A stretch of DNA of 54,568 nucleotides, the filler included, from Catajapyx aquilonaris (taxonomy: Eukaryota): assembly GCA_000934665.2 (NCBI GenBank). It is 2 parts of 2 records of this genome, joined end to end, with 100 filler letters (N's around TTAATTAATTAA, not from the genome) between each part and the next. Parts side by side here need not be neighbours in the genome. Positions count along the whole stretch, not along the records: positions 27,354 to 54,568 come from KZ539284.1; 1 more part is not named here. One strand, written 5' to 3'. The notes below the pieces were generated by a model. That model worked only from the letters and a program-made list of their open reading frames with translations. It was not told the origin of the DNA and made no database searches. How positions within the stretch are numbered: the first letter of the stretch is position 1; every line of letters begins with the position of its first letter. This document shows positions 39,040-50,426 of the stretch, piece after piece. The translations under genes and the position numbers were made by a program.

Positions 39040-40329
39040 CGGCTCTAAGTCACGCTAAGGTGCGCGTGCATTTGGAGAAATTCCAGGCATTATGTGGCTT
39101 TGCCCAAAGCATGATTTCAGCCTTGGAGAGTACTGTGAACAATAAGCAGCTGCACAAATCGCAGCGTCTAGCCGTACAGCCGTCTGAATGCACCAAGTTT
39201 TATCAGACTTTCGTTAATCCGCCTTCAGAAGGTCGGACCATGCAAGTCGATGGGAGAGAATGATTACTCCCAATAATGGCCCTGATCTGGCCTTGCCCAT
39301 ATCACTTCACATTGGCCAATGTCGAGAAGCTTTGTCGTGTTCAAACACATCCTTGAGATCACACCCTCAAATTACTAGCCATTTGTACCCCCTGCTATGA
39401 AACACTTTCATGGTACACAATGACGACTATTTGAGGTCACAAAATTGCATTCTGAGCAGTGCGCTGCAAGAATCTCAAGTGTATAGTCGATGCACCCCCG
39501 TTTTAGGTGTCCAGTAGCAGTAATGCGACCCACTGAGGATGACCCAGTGCCTCCCTGACTCACATTAACTTCTCCCAGGCCTGGAAATAAGGGGCCACCT
39601 GTACCATTATATGCACCGCACCTCATTTCTGAGCCTGTCCGATCCCGTTAACTGCTCATGCGTCCGTCACAATCTCCACGCACAAACCTACCCTTGCCAG
39701 ATACATATTGCCTGCCTTGGACTTTTTTTTTCCTTTGGTCTTTATTCTTGACCAAATCAAGTTTCGCAAGGATAAGCTGCAACCCTTGCAGCTTGCATCG
39801 TGTTTGTCGATGTATGTCGTCATTCTTCGTGGCTTTATCGCACTACCCAGTTGTGCAACTTCAATTTGTTCTTGAGGTGATGAGCCTTCGATTGCTGCAT
39901 TTAATTATTGCGGAATGATCGGGTAATTACATGCTGGGGTGCGCTAAATATATGCACGATTTAAAGGTGTGACACTGTGATGATTTTTGTCTCGCAATTT
40001 AATTATTTACCAGATATTAGTAGAACATTTTATTAGAATGAGAATTTTTAAAAATTATTTCAGAATTGGATTGTAAGCTCCGTCGCTTTTTGGCACAACG
40101 AAAGTTTTAAACTTTTGAAATACTGGGTAAAAATCTGGGTAAAATAAAACGTCCTGGAATATATTCCAAAGGAACTTGCCTAACAGCAGAAAGTTAGTTT
40201 TCTCAGATATTCGCCCAGATTGTTTGCTGCATGTAGGCAGACTGGTCGAGTGTATGGACCACTCTCGTTTTCCACTCGCTGAGAAGTTCGTGTAATAATC
40301 TTCCTTCCTGGTAGGGCTATCATATGTTT

Positions 40330-40860
40330 ATCATTTCATATTACTTTGACACCAGAAAACAATTGCACATGTCGAACGTTGACTCGACTCTCCTTCTCCA
40401 AATAATGTTCCCGCCTGTCGTGTATGTCCTCCACTTCCCTGAGATATGCCAGAGAAGCACAAGTTTCTTGCTGCAGCCATCACCGTTTCTCATGATGTCC
40501 AAATGCTCGGACCATGACGTCACGCATTGCTATTATCTGAACCGATCGCCAGCACAATGACCTCCTAATCACATAGCTTCAATTTGATACATAGCTCTAA
40601 AGGCACATACCCTGAGGAATATCTTAGGACGACGGACTTACCAGGAAATATCTTCCTAGCATGTCGTGTATGTCCACCCGGAGAAGGAGCATAAGTATGA
40701 ACAAATTCCTCAACTATCATTGAACTAAAAATGTTCCAGGAACTAAATTTCAAATTCACACAAAATGTAGCCAGATTTAAATCTGGCTTGATATTACTAC
40801 ACCCATGGAGAGAATAAATGAACACGTCAAGCTCACCATAACGAAGTATGTCGAATGTTC
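40330..40860 (-). mobile_element. Decayed non-LTR retrotransposon (RTE-like) 3' region
   Basis: WSEHLDIMRNGDGCSKKLVLLWHISGKW...IWRRRVES follows the W.GH..R...L.W...GKR...W pattern of RTE C-termini. Confidence 0.45.
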
Positions 40861-41949
40861 CCAACCTGCCTGCCTCACCTGCCGACACTTAAGCTGGGAC
40901 TGACCACTAGGTTTTTCCTGCCAGAAATGCCCGCCACTTTCCTAGGCTGCAGCCCACAGCCAATAGCACTCCAAGGAAACTAGAGCGAAAGGGACGGCAG
41001 TGGGGGATGGAGGGAGTGGGAGGTAAGGTGGAGGGGACAGAAGCAGAGAGAGTTGATGCTGAGACAGTCCCTCCCACTTGGGAATGACGAGTTCTTGGTT
41101 GGCCGATTCAAACATGCGGCTCCAGGACATTTTTTTTTTTTGCAAAATCTAGCGTAAAAGAATGAACGTTTTTCGTCCGTTGCAGAAACAATCTTGATTC
41201 AATTATATTGCTTCGATACAGCAATGCTTCAATTATGTCTGATAGGTTGTATACCGGTATGGCTAGTTCTACATGGAATAGAGCTACTTTACAAGCGTTA
41301 ATTCCTCACAAGCTAGGTGTATTCAAGGCAGAATAACCGCTCAATATTTCTCGGCCTACATTGGAGTTTCTAGCCGTGCTTATTGTCTGTGCACAGCCAC
41401 TTCTTTTGACTCAGCGAACGTCAGAAGCTCATTATATAAAATGAACAAAATAAGTGGCCATATATGAAAAGAAAATACAAAACATGCAGTATAATAGTAG
41501 CATATAAATAATATGATCTGGGTCAATACGACCTAATGTTATGGAATATTGGCATAAATATTAAAACAACTGCTATATGAAAAAATAGGTGTAAGAAACA
41601 ATTTGTCTTTGTCATTGTCGATGAATAGGTAATATGCGTAGATCACACGCAGGTTTCTACACGATATTAGTGATTCTTACAATGTTCTAGGGAAAACTCC
41701 TGTGGACGAGAGGGCCACTTTACGAGGGACTTCGCCTACGAAGCCACGTTACTAAGATAATTTCTTTAATGTGTGTACTGCACCTCATCCTATGTCGCGG
41801 ATACAGCATCAGCGTCTTCCTGCTACACCTAAGAAGATTGCAGTTGGAATTATTTCATGGTAACACCCACGGTAACACTTAAGAGTAAGACTTGGAAAAA
41901 TCAATGGCGCTTGGAGGGGCGCATACCTGCCAGGATATTTCATACCTTC

Positions 41950-42131
41950 CGTTTGAAGGTCATTTTCTCGGTAATGAAACTGCCGAGACCAAATGATACC
42001 TTTACTATAGTAGGATACCAGTTCTTCGCACGGGGATGGATAAATGACAGAAGTTGCTATGGTAACCCCGTTGCTATCGTGAGGGGCGGTCGGGGGGACT
42101 GGGACAAAAACTTCGCATTTTTTATATAAGA
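41950..42131 (-). mobile_element. Possible non-autonomous Helitron 5' end
   Basis: Minus strand A|TCTTATATAAAAAATGCGAAG resembles insect Helitron 5' termini; no clear 3' CTAG/hairpin found. Confidence 0.4.
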
Positions 42132-42371
42132 TTTACATAATATTGTATTAAGTTTTGCTGTATTCCATAATATTTTAAATTGTTCGAATTGATGATTTGT
42201 ATTAATTTAAAGAATATAACAAAACACTATTAAAATATTGCAATAACGCTTAAATGATATGATATTAAGCTGTTACAATAAAACTGCACTTACAAATTCA
42301 TGTTATATTCTTACTACTACATTAATTGATATTTAAGGAGGTTGGCCCAGCATTTGCCATTCAACCTCCAA

Positions 42372-42550
42372 GGACAGGGAAGGAAGGAAGCGGCTGTGGC
42401 CTATTATACGGAAGCGACCCCGGAATTATCCTAGAAAGACCGTGGAAAACCACAGAAAACCACGGTCAAGGTTGCCGGCCCCGGGATTCGAACCCAGGAC
42501 CTCCCGATTAGCAGTAGGACGCCTTATCCACTATGCCAACCTGCTTCGGT
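42372..42550 (-). mobile_element. SINE family B, head and core only
   Basis: Close match to 10480-10657, including A and B boxes; tail missing. Confidence 0.92.
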
Positions 42551-42562
42551 ATATTCTTACTA

Positions 42563-42870
42563 CAGTAGAACCTCGATTATCCGTCACCCACGGGACTGGA
42601 GCATCGTCGGATAACCGAAAGGGTTGGATAATCCTAGGAGTAAAGAAAACTACACGGCCGAAACACATTTTTTTTAAACATAAAAAAGTACACTATTATG
42701 GCTTTATAAGAAACCTAGGGAAGTATTTTACATACACATTCTGTTGTACTGTATTTGCAATTTTACTGTAAGGCAACACAAAACAAATACGTAGGACATT
42801 GCAGTATTTAATGAGAAAAAATGGATTTTATTTCTGGTGCAGGACGGTCGGATAATAATCCGAGGTCCAT
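42563..42870. mobile_element. pogo/Tigger-like element
   Basis: TA|CAGTAGAACCTCGATTATCCG left TIR, internal CGGATAA repeats, degenerate right end. Confidence 0.65.
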
Positions 42871-43009
42871 AACGGAGAATTTTTTTACACCGAAACAACG
42901 ATGAACATTGTAAGTGTGATAGTGACCTAGTTATTTTTAAGTTTTGAACACCTTTTGTCGCTGGATATAAAGGTAGCTGGCTTCCTTATAGAGTTATGTG
43001 CTTTAAAAA

Positions 43010-43094
43010 ATCCAAACTTCTCTAACTCGAATCTTCTATAACTCGGAAGTTTTTTTTAGGTCCCATGGAGATTCGACTTATAGAAGTTTTACTG
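43010..43094. mobile_element. Right end of another pogo/Tigger-like element
   Basis: TAACTCG repeats, then GGTCCCATGGAGATTCGACTTATAGAAGTTTTACTG|TA. Confidence 0.6.
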
Positions 43095-43448
43095 TATTTG
43101 TTTCCGGTTTGGCGGGTAAATAATCCAGATTAGAAGAAAAGTAAAGTAAAGAAGAATATAAGAAAATGTCAGAAAGCAACATGATCTGTATAACTTGTAA
43201 GCTTAGTCGCATACGATGAAAACATGTGTGTCCTCAGCTCGAAAGGTGCAGTGGGGGTCAACAATGCCAGAAAATTGCGAAACAGTGATGATCAGGTTGC
43301 AGAGTCGAGATTGAAAGTGCACCAGGTATGTCGGATGAGATTTATAAAAAAGAAACTGGTTGACAGATATTACAGAAAAGAACTGCGTTCTTTTGTCCCC
43401 TTACCTTATCTTTCCTGGATTATAAGCCACACTTGCGCTGTTCAAACA

Positions 43449-43807
43449 AAAATGTCCAATTTTGAGCCATCGCGATGGCTCAAAATTGGACATTTTCGTT
43501 ACAAATTGCTTTAAAACGTGTTCAAACTGTATTATTCTGACTCTAAAATCGTGTTCAGCGACTTCGTATTGCTATAGGAATTGACTCCTCAATCGTCAAT
43601 GTCCTGCGAAAAATACGGTGGACACCGATTTTGTAACAATGGAGGCCATTTTCATTATTGGCCGCCATCTTGAATCCTAAGGGACGAAACCTCCTGTTCC
43701 ACTTCCGGAATCATTCCTTATGGTCCTACGAAGCACCGTGCCAAGTGGCATACTTTAATCATCAAATGCCAGGTTTTACCGAAATATGACGCTTACTGCT
43801 TCCACTA
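43449..43807. mobile_element. DNA transposon fragment (Academ-like TAGT terminus) starting with a perfect 48-bp palindrome
   Basis: Palindrome at 43449-43496; ends ...GCTTACTGCTTCCACTA (TAGTGG on the minus strand). Family call is from memory of terminal motifs only. Confidence 0.45.
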
Positions 43808-44374
43808 TTAAGACAAGTAAACACTCCAAAATTACTCCAACCAATCAGAGACGACCTTACATAATAAGTTGGCGACTCTCTTCTTCAATGCTCTAGTCAC
43901 ACGGTACAAAGATTTCGTGATCGAATCATAATCCGATCATGATTTTCATTGTCATGGATGTTGAAACAAAAATTAATAGTACCAATTTATGATGTTACAC
44001 TAGTTACAACATTAAGAAATGGAGGGGTGCTAGGATTGCCACAAAATACTGGCTGCTGACGTAGCCTAGCTATACTGTATCCTGCATAGAGATTTAATTC
44101 TGGCAACTTGTTTATTGAGAGAAGCAACAATCAATACAAGCCAAATAATGTAACCTCGATTGTCGCTTTTAACGGCTTTCTTCTCCTAAAGGTTTCTGGA
44201 GTATAAAATACATAACAGCCCTTCTGGAACTGGGGACTTGGGCAGCTGTACATTACTCCGTATGCACTTTTATTATTGGGTCGGACAACACATTGCCCTT
44301 CCTGTTTTGTCACCATGGTTATGGAAAAAAACACTCCGGTCAAAATTTTCACGTAAAAACCCTCCCGGATCAAA

Positions 44375-44491
44375 ATGGAATTGGACAGTCCAAGTACCTC
44401 GCATCTTTACGACGAAAGGCGTCCAAAGTATCGCTTATTCTTTAAGTTCGGAGCGGTTGTCTCAGTGAAGTACTTAGAAAAAGAAGTCAAG
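44375..44491 (+). CDS. Gene B exon 1 (MELDSPSTSHLYDERRPKYRLFFKFGAVVSVKYLEKEVK), unknown protein
   Basis: CAAAATGG start, 39 open codons, consensus donor AAG|GTAAGT in phase 0. Confidence 0.65.
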
Positions 44492-44860
44492 GTAAGTTTA
44501 CGTTGTTTGCATTTTTCAAACTAACCTTTGCATATTATAACCATACGCAGACCTGCAATGAAGAACGATCTGAGTCGCATATGACTAATTTCTAGATATG
44601 AGAGTTTTATGATTGCATTAGCCAAATGTTATGCGAGGCATTTTATTTTTCAAACATTTTTCTAAGGTACCAGTACTGGAATTACTCTATCAGGAGTTGA
44701 CTTGACCAATGAACAGTAGGCCTACTGGTCACATGGGCTACATTCCTCAATGCGTATAACTCATTTTTGACCAAAATGTCACTCTGATCGTTCTGAATTT
44801 CCTATCATCACATTCATATTGTTAAAATAATGTTAGATTCAAATTCACGACAAAAATTCA

Positions 44861-44913
44861 TTTCAGCCTGGATAAGGTAGCAGAATTATTCTGCTATCTT
44901 ATCCAGGCTGAAA
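44861..44913. repeat. 53-bp near-perfect hairpin
   Basis: TTTCAGCCTGGATAAGGTAGCAGAAT-T-ATTCTGCTATCTTATCCAGGCTGAAA; one G.T pair. Confidence 0.9.
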
Positions 44914-44969
44914 AGGGTCACGGTGTCCTTCTCACGAACGGGAAGGCTTATATCCACAGTTTGGTCATA

Positions 44970-45185
44970 CGAGGTGTGATCGAAAAGTTCCGGGATTTTG
45001 TTCATAAAAAACATTAATATTTACTTTAAGGCCTAATTTCCACTACCACCTTCAAAGTAGTCACCTTGGGGACGTATACAACGATCCCAGCGAATTTCCC
45101 ATTTTTGGAAGCACCCCAAAAAATTGGCCAACCGTAGCGTGTTCAGCATATATCCAAAATCCCGGAACTTTTCGATCACACCTCG
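44970..45185 (-). mobile_element. mariner-derived MITE retaining the transposase C-terminus
   Basis: Perfect 31-bp TIR CGAGGTGTGATCGAAAAGTTCCGGGATTTTG; internal minus strand encodes GCFQKWEIRWDRCIRPQGDYFEGG, a classic mariner C-terminus. Confidence 0.93.
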
Positions 45186-45779
45186 TCATTATTATCAAGT
45201 AAATGCCCGTCCAAATGTGTATATGCCTTCCTGAGCCTATCACAGCCTCGATGAGAGCCTACATCACAGAGAATAATCTCTTGGTACAACTAGAAGTAGT
45301 CCATAGAGTATTCCTCTGAAGTATACAAATAAAAGCATGATTCATCCCACTAGCAAAATTCTGCAACTTACGGTAGAATACATATTGTCTGACCAATATA
45401 TCATAACATCGTCTCCATTAATGTCGTTACCACAACCCATTAAATATTGTCCCGGAAAATGTGGTGCATAATGTTAATGTTTTAATGTATTATGAATCGT
45501 GTGTACTGGGTGATTCACTGCCCAAGACCCCAGTTAAAGATAGGTGTAAGGAGAGAAGTTATGGCGTGTTCACTCCAGCAGCAGCAACCAGTTTAAAGAG
45601 AAGCAACAATTCGACTGGAATCATTCTGAATGATGTTACTTCCAACAGATTGCTTCTCTTGAATCTAGATGCTGTCCCTCTTGAATTGGGAACTTGTGCA
45701 CCACCTAGTAGCTGTTTCTGGCCATACTTGGGTTTTGTAATTACGGTGTAACACGCAAAGATCTCTCCCTGCAACCCAG

Positions 45780-46019
45780 GCGTCGTGGAGTGAACTTCAC
45801 GAACAAGCTATCAAGGCTTTAGGTGACATAGCTCAGGCACGCTACAATGAAGAGGATGACGCTTTGTTTTCTTTCCTGGATCCTACGTGGCTTGCTCATA
45901 TGGTACGAGGAGTAGTTGCACTTATGATGATGCTATCATATGTAGATAACGAGGAGTTCCGAGAAGAGGTATTTGACGAGGTAGACCCTCACTATGAAGG
46001 ACTGCGCTTCAAAGAGAAG
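45780..46019 (+). CDS. Gene B exon 2 (ASWSELHEQAIKALG...HYEGLRFKEK)
   Basis: Acceptor TCTCTCCCTGCAACCCAG, exactly 80 open codons, donor AAG|GTATGT; phase 0 at both ends, matching exon 1. Confidence 0.7.
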
Positions 46020-46167
46020 GTATGTGCAGAGTTACAGTTTCGAAAAGAGTATTTTATCATCAGCGAAGTATCGTGAGTCATGGTGCTCCGACAAAATTGC
46101 CGGTAATGAAATTATCCCAAGGGAGTTATTTATTCAGCAGTTACTGTATTAAGGCAGAGAAATATTA

Positions 46168-46211
46168 TTGCTATTAGTTTCCGGTCGTATTGAATAACCT
46201 CTTCAGGCTTT
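46168..46211 (-). ncRNA. Minimal hammerhead-ribozyme-like motif (Penelope/retroelement type), probably degenerate
   Basis: Minus strand CTGAAGA-GGTT-ATTCAATAC-GACC-G-GAAACTAATA; one extra G before GAAA, weak stem I. Confidence 0.45.
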
Positions 46212-47323
46212 GATTGATAATAAATTATAATGTTTAAAACATTTGAAGTCATCTAATTGCAACCATCGACATTCGACATTGAGGTTTGAACCCTCTTCCC
46301 CATTTCAATCAGTTCAATCAGTTCAATCAGGATGCTTCTATCCATCGAAGGTCCATCGAATGATGCTTCTATCCACCTAATTCTATGAGCCAAATGTTTT
46401 CAACAACTAATATGGACAAATCAGTTGGAACACCATGCACGAGCGTATTAATATGGCCAATACACCCCAGTCTCACTTATCTATTATAACAGGAATTTGA
46501 ACTTCTTGTAAAACCGGACAAACTCCCAATTCTGTTTCGGCTGTGGAGAGAAGTGAGAGAGGTGCAAGTATCAATTGCCGACACCCAGAGAGATCACGCC
46601 GCCAACTACGCAGTAAATAGGCTCCTAATTATTATATTGATAACTACGGAGAGTTTTTTCTTGCATCTTTCTTTACTGTGCTGTACATAATCCATGCAGG
46701 TATTTAGTCCCCACAAAGAACCAGCTGTATTTTTCTTCCCACTCAACCTAGAAACATGAGGTTTGGTTTAAAATGTACCTTAGTTCATGGGAATGTCTAA
46801 CCATTGACAATAAATGCTGCAATTGTCCTTCAGCGATCTCTATACGCACTCGAATGCGCCGCTACGCGAATCTCCTTATTAGCAAAGGTCCTCCCCAGCA
46901 AGCCAGCATATCGACATCAACAGTCCGGATTGGTGCAGTTGTGTTGCTTTCCCAGTCTTCTAACTTCAAGGCTTATTGTTTAAGTACAACTCCTCAAGTA
47001 TCCCCATTTGCGCCTTTTTGGCAGGTAAAAACAGAATACCCACTTTCTTGCGACAAACGTCGTAGTGACTTTTTCGGTGATGCCAGCAGGCTGTACGTCA
47101 CTCCTTCAATTTTTCTTCCTCTAAGGGAGGTCATCTGCCACTATATTGGTCCAAAACACTTGGTGCAGCAATATGGACTATCCCTTATAGGACGGGCGTG
47201 ACATATATGTCACGGCAACTTTGAAAAATTCTGCTGGCGAAACCATACCGTTGTCCGACCATGTAACGTGGTTTCTGAGTAGATTGTACATTTTTCCGTC
47301 ACGAAAAAAAAGTCGGGATTTTA

Positions 47324-48011
47324 AGGTGCGTTCACATATAGGCGTTTTTGCTCAAAAGCGAGCGAATTTCAGCTTTCAGCTTATTCGCGTCTGGCCAAAG
47401 GCATTCACGCATCGGCGATTTTCTCCTAGACGCGAGCGAATTTTGGTCACTCACGCGACTAAACTAAAAATCGCGCTCCTCTGGCAGAGCCAGATAGAAG
47501 CGAATTTTTGACGCCAGCGAATTTTAGAGCTGGTTCGTGCCACCCAGCGCCGCCACGCGGATTTGTCGGTCTTCCTCGGCCATGTTAGGAATGCGGATGC
47601 CCGAGCTCGGAAGTTACCTATTTTTTTGTCGCAAACTCCAGACCCGTCCAGCCTCCGCACCATGTCCAGCTCTTGCCCCACTTGGTGCACTGTGACCTGG
47701 ACGCCCTTCCGAGGTCGGTACAGCAGCATTTTCACTGCCATGCCGGCTGCCTCCGCAGCACAGGGCTCCGCCATCTTTCTCAGGCCAAGACCTCCCCCTG
47801 CCCACACCAACCCCGACCCAGCCCTCCCTCCTACCTGCGCTGCTGCACAGCGCATGCTCCATAACTAGCGAGTAAGTTTTCTCGAATAGTGGATACGAAA
47901 ATGCCTAGAAAATTTTCCAAAAATTCGCTCGATTCGTGACGTAAAAGACGCGAAAAAGCAAAACCTGAAAATTGCTCGCAAGCGTTTAGTCGCGTATATG
48001 TGACCGCACCT
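47324..48011. mobile_element. Non-autonomous PIF/Harbinger element with GC-rich cargo
   Basis: TIR AGGTGCGTTCACATATA / TATATGTGACCGCACCT; TTA TSD at 47321-23 and 48012-14. Confidence 0.88.
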
Positions 48012-48042
48012 TTACGTCTATAAAATCTTATATATATTTGCC

Positions 48043-48360
48043 GGGGAGGCGAAGTGGTACTGCGGTAACGTATGCGCCCACGGATGTTAAGGTCTCGGGT
48101 TCGATCCCAGCCCGGGGACACCCCCTTCATCTCGTGCAGAGTTCAGGGTCACCTCTGGCTTTCGAGTTCCACAGACTAAACCACCCGGGGGAGTTCACTA
48201 AAAATGGCCACATTAAGACATTGCACTACACCTTGCACATCCCCTCCTGTCATCCTGCCCGTGGGCCCGTGCGTTTCAAATGAATAGGCACCAATGTATA
48301 CCTCAATAAATAAAGGTCCGTGCGATATGCCCCCATTTGGGAGCGAAAGCACATTACCCC

Positions 48361-48415
<55 letters not shown>
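48043..48415 (+). mobile_element. tRNA-derived SINE, family A, copy 2
   Basis: A-like TGGTACTGCGG, B box GGTTCGATCCC, (CAT)n tail, 11-bp TSD ATATATTTGCC at 48032-42 and 48416-26. Confidence 0.95.
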
Positions 48416-48417
<2 letters not shown>

Positions 48418-48711
48418 ATATTTGCCAGATAGGGCCTAAATTTGCACAATGTCAGCTTTTTGCGGATTCTGAAAAAAAAAAACTTTCCTAAAAAAAACTT
48501 TCTTAAAAAAAAAAGGTATGATCTTAGCTGGCAAAGGAACTGTTCAAGGTTATCCTGACAAAGCAAAGCAACCCGCATGGCACAATGATTCGTTTCTTTA
48601 GATTGGAGCAGATCACTGAAACTTGGCAATTAAGCAGGGGAGTTGGATCGAAATGGCTGCTGTCCAGCCACTCTAATATATTGTCATTCAATGGAAGAAT
48701 GCTTCTAACAG

Positions 48712-48865
48712 GTGACCTTCAACGCGATCAACAGTTTGGCAAGGATTTGACCTTGCTTTGCCAACGAACGCCATTTTGAATCCCTCTTTCTCTTATCGGG
48801 GGATTGGAGGAGAAAGAGAAGAGAGGGAGAGATACGCGATTGGACATACGCGGCATATCAAGATG
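48712..48865 (+). CDS. Gene B candidate internal exon with in-frame TGA (VTFNAINSLARI*PCFANERHFESLFLL...YAAYQD)
   Basis: Acceptor CTTCTAACAG, phase 0 in, phase 1 out at a weak donor GTGGTT; TGA at 48748-50. Frame is uncertain. Confidence 0.3.
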
Positions 48866-49503
48866 GTGGTTGCATTTCGCATGTTTGACACACACGTGTG
48901 GCATTTGTCCAATGCTATTATTATTACAACATTTTACGGTGTAAAAACCACATAAACTGTCATTATATTGTGGTGCCCCATGTGGCAACATATTTTGAAT
49001 CCTACCAAGGCCGCCAGATAGCACCACCTACCACATCAAAGATACGGTGAGTAGCGAACACAGCTGGGTATAGCGTAAAACTAGGTGCATAGAATATACA
49101 CTGCAAGATTCATGAGCCTAATATTTTTGTCGTTTGGGTTGTGGGGTTACTCAGGGTAACCTTGAACAGTCATGTCGACCATGTCCTTTTGGCATACAGA
49201 GTTGCCCCCAAACCTCCTCAAGATATTCCACCCTAAAATTAGTCAAAATATAATTCAATCATCATCATCATCACCACCATCACGACATTTCCATATAAAA
49301 TATACCTAATTCAATAGTTTTAAAATAAATAATAATGTTCGTAAATGACAATTAGCGGCTGGCGGGCAACTGCGCCACTCCCGCCCGGCCTCCGACAGGA
49401 TGGAGGGGCGCATGCCCGGCGGGGCTTTTGAACGGCTGTGGAGCGATGCCAAGAGCGATGCAGGTTTACACTCGGGTGGGGGTGTGAATGTTTGTCTCTG
49501 TAG

Positions 49504-49631
49504 CTGGGATGCCTGTTCTGTCTTCTGTGACGTATTATTCAGGCATACTAGTCTGTTCAGCAGCGCCAGGGCTACATAGACATATACTTCTTGTCGTCGC
49601 AGGAGTGACAAAAAATTGGAGAAAAAAATAC
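49504..49631 (+). CDS. Gene B candidate internal exon (AGMPVLSSVTYYSGIL...NWRKKY)
   Basis: Acceptor TGTTTGTCTCTGTAG; only the phase-1 frame is open; donor GTAAGC in phase 0. Confidence 0.4.
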
Positions 49632-50162
49632 GTAAGCGCGAAATGCACCCCTGCGACATCTGTCGAGACTTTCAAAAATCTCCGCATGGTACGGCAAGAG
49701 GGTCCCATAAATGGCCTCAGGATCAAGCCTAGACACTACACGATGTTACTCACTAGATTAGTCACGTGTGGTGCCTCAAATGACGACGCAAGCGATTTTT
49801 TTTTTGCAGATTCTTGCAAAAATGCGAAAAAACCGCCCGTCTAATTAGTGTGTCGATATGCTGGGGAGGACCATCGAAAATAAGGAGATTCACGTCGCGT
49901 CGCGTTCGATGACGCGTGAATGGTGCTACATGCCCATGAACTAAGGTACATTTGAAACCAAACATCGTTTCTAGGTTGAGTGGGAAGGAAAATATTATAG
50001 CTGGTTCTTTGGGGGGGACTACCTAGTGAAACACCCTGTATAATTGAAATAAATAAATGAAATGAATAAGTTAAGCATATATTTAATCGCTTTCATACAC
50101 AATTTCTCAAAAAGAAGGGATAGTGAACATGAGCATTAACATATATATTAACCTTGACGCAG

Positions 50163-50339
50163 GCGATTGGCGTAGAAGCGAACAAAATACTGTCAACACA
50201 CCATGTGAGACAGTACATGGACAAAGAACTCCCACGGTTCTTAAATAAGGTGAAGCACTTGAAGTCACAAACATCTGGAGATAACAGAGTGAAGAAGCTT
50301 CGCGATCGTATTCGCCGGATCACGCAAAGTCTTGCGTGC
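50163..50339 (+). CDS. Gene B exon (AIGVEANKILSTHH...RRITQSLAC)
   Basis: Acceptor CCTTGACGCAG, 59 open codons, donor GTAGGT in phase 0, followed by an 87-nt AT-rich intron. Confidence 0.6.
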
Positions 50340-50426
50340 GTAGGTGTCATAAAATTTTTCATTCTGTTTCAGTTCTGTACAGTATAGCTGAAAATAATAT
50401 CACTATTGTATCAACCTTTTGGACAG

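Noticed and set aside
46773..47201. 142-aa ORF as a stand-alone gene
   Set aside because: No recognisable domain; it may hide gene B exons (acceptors at 46833 and 47023), but I could not phase them convincingly.
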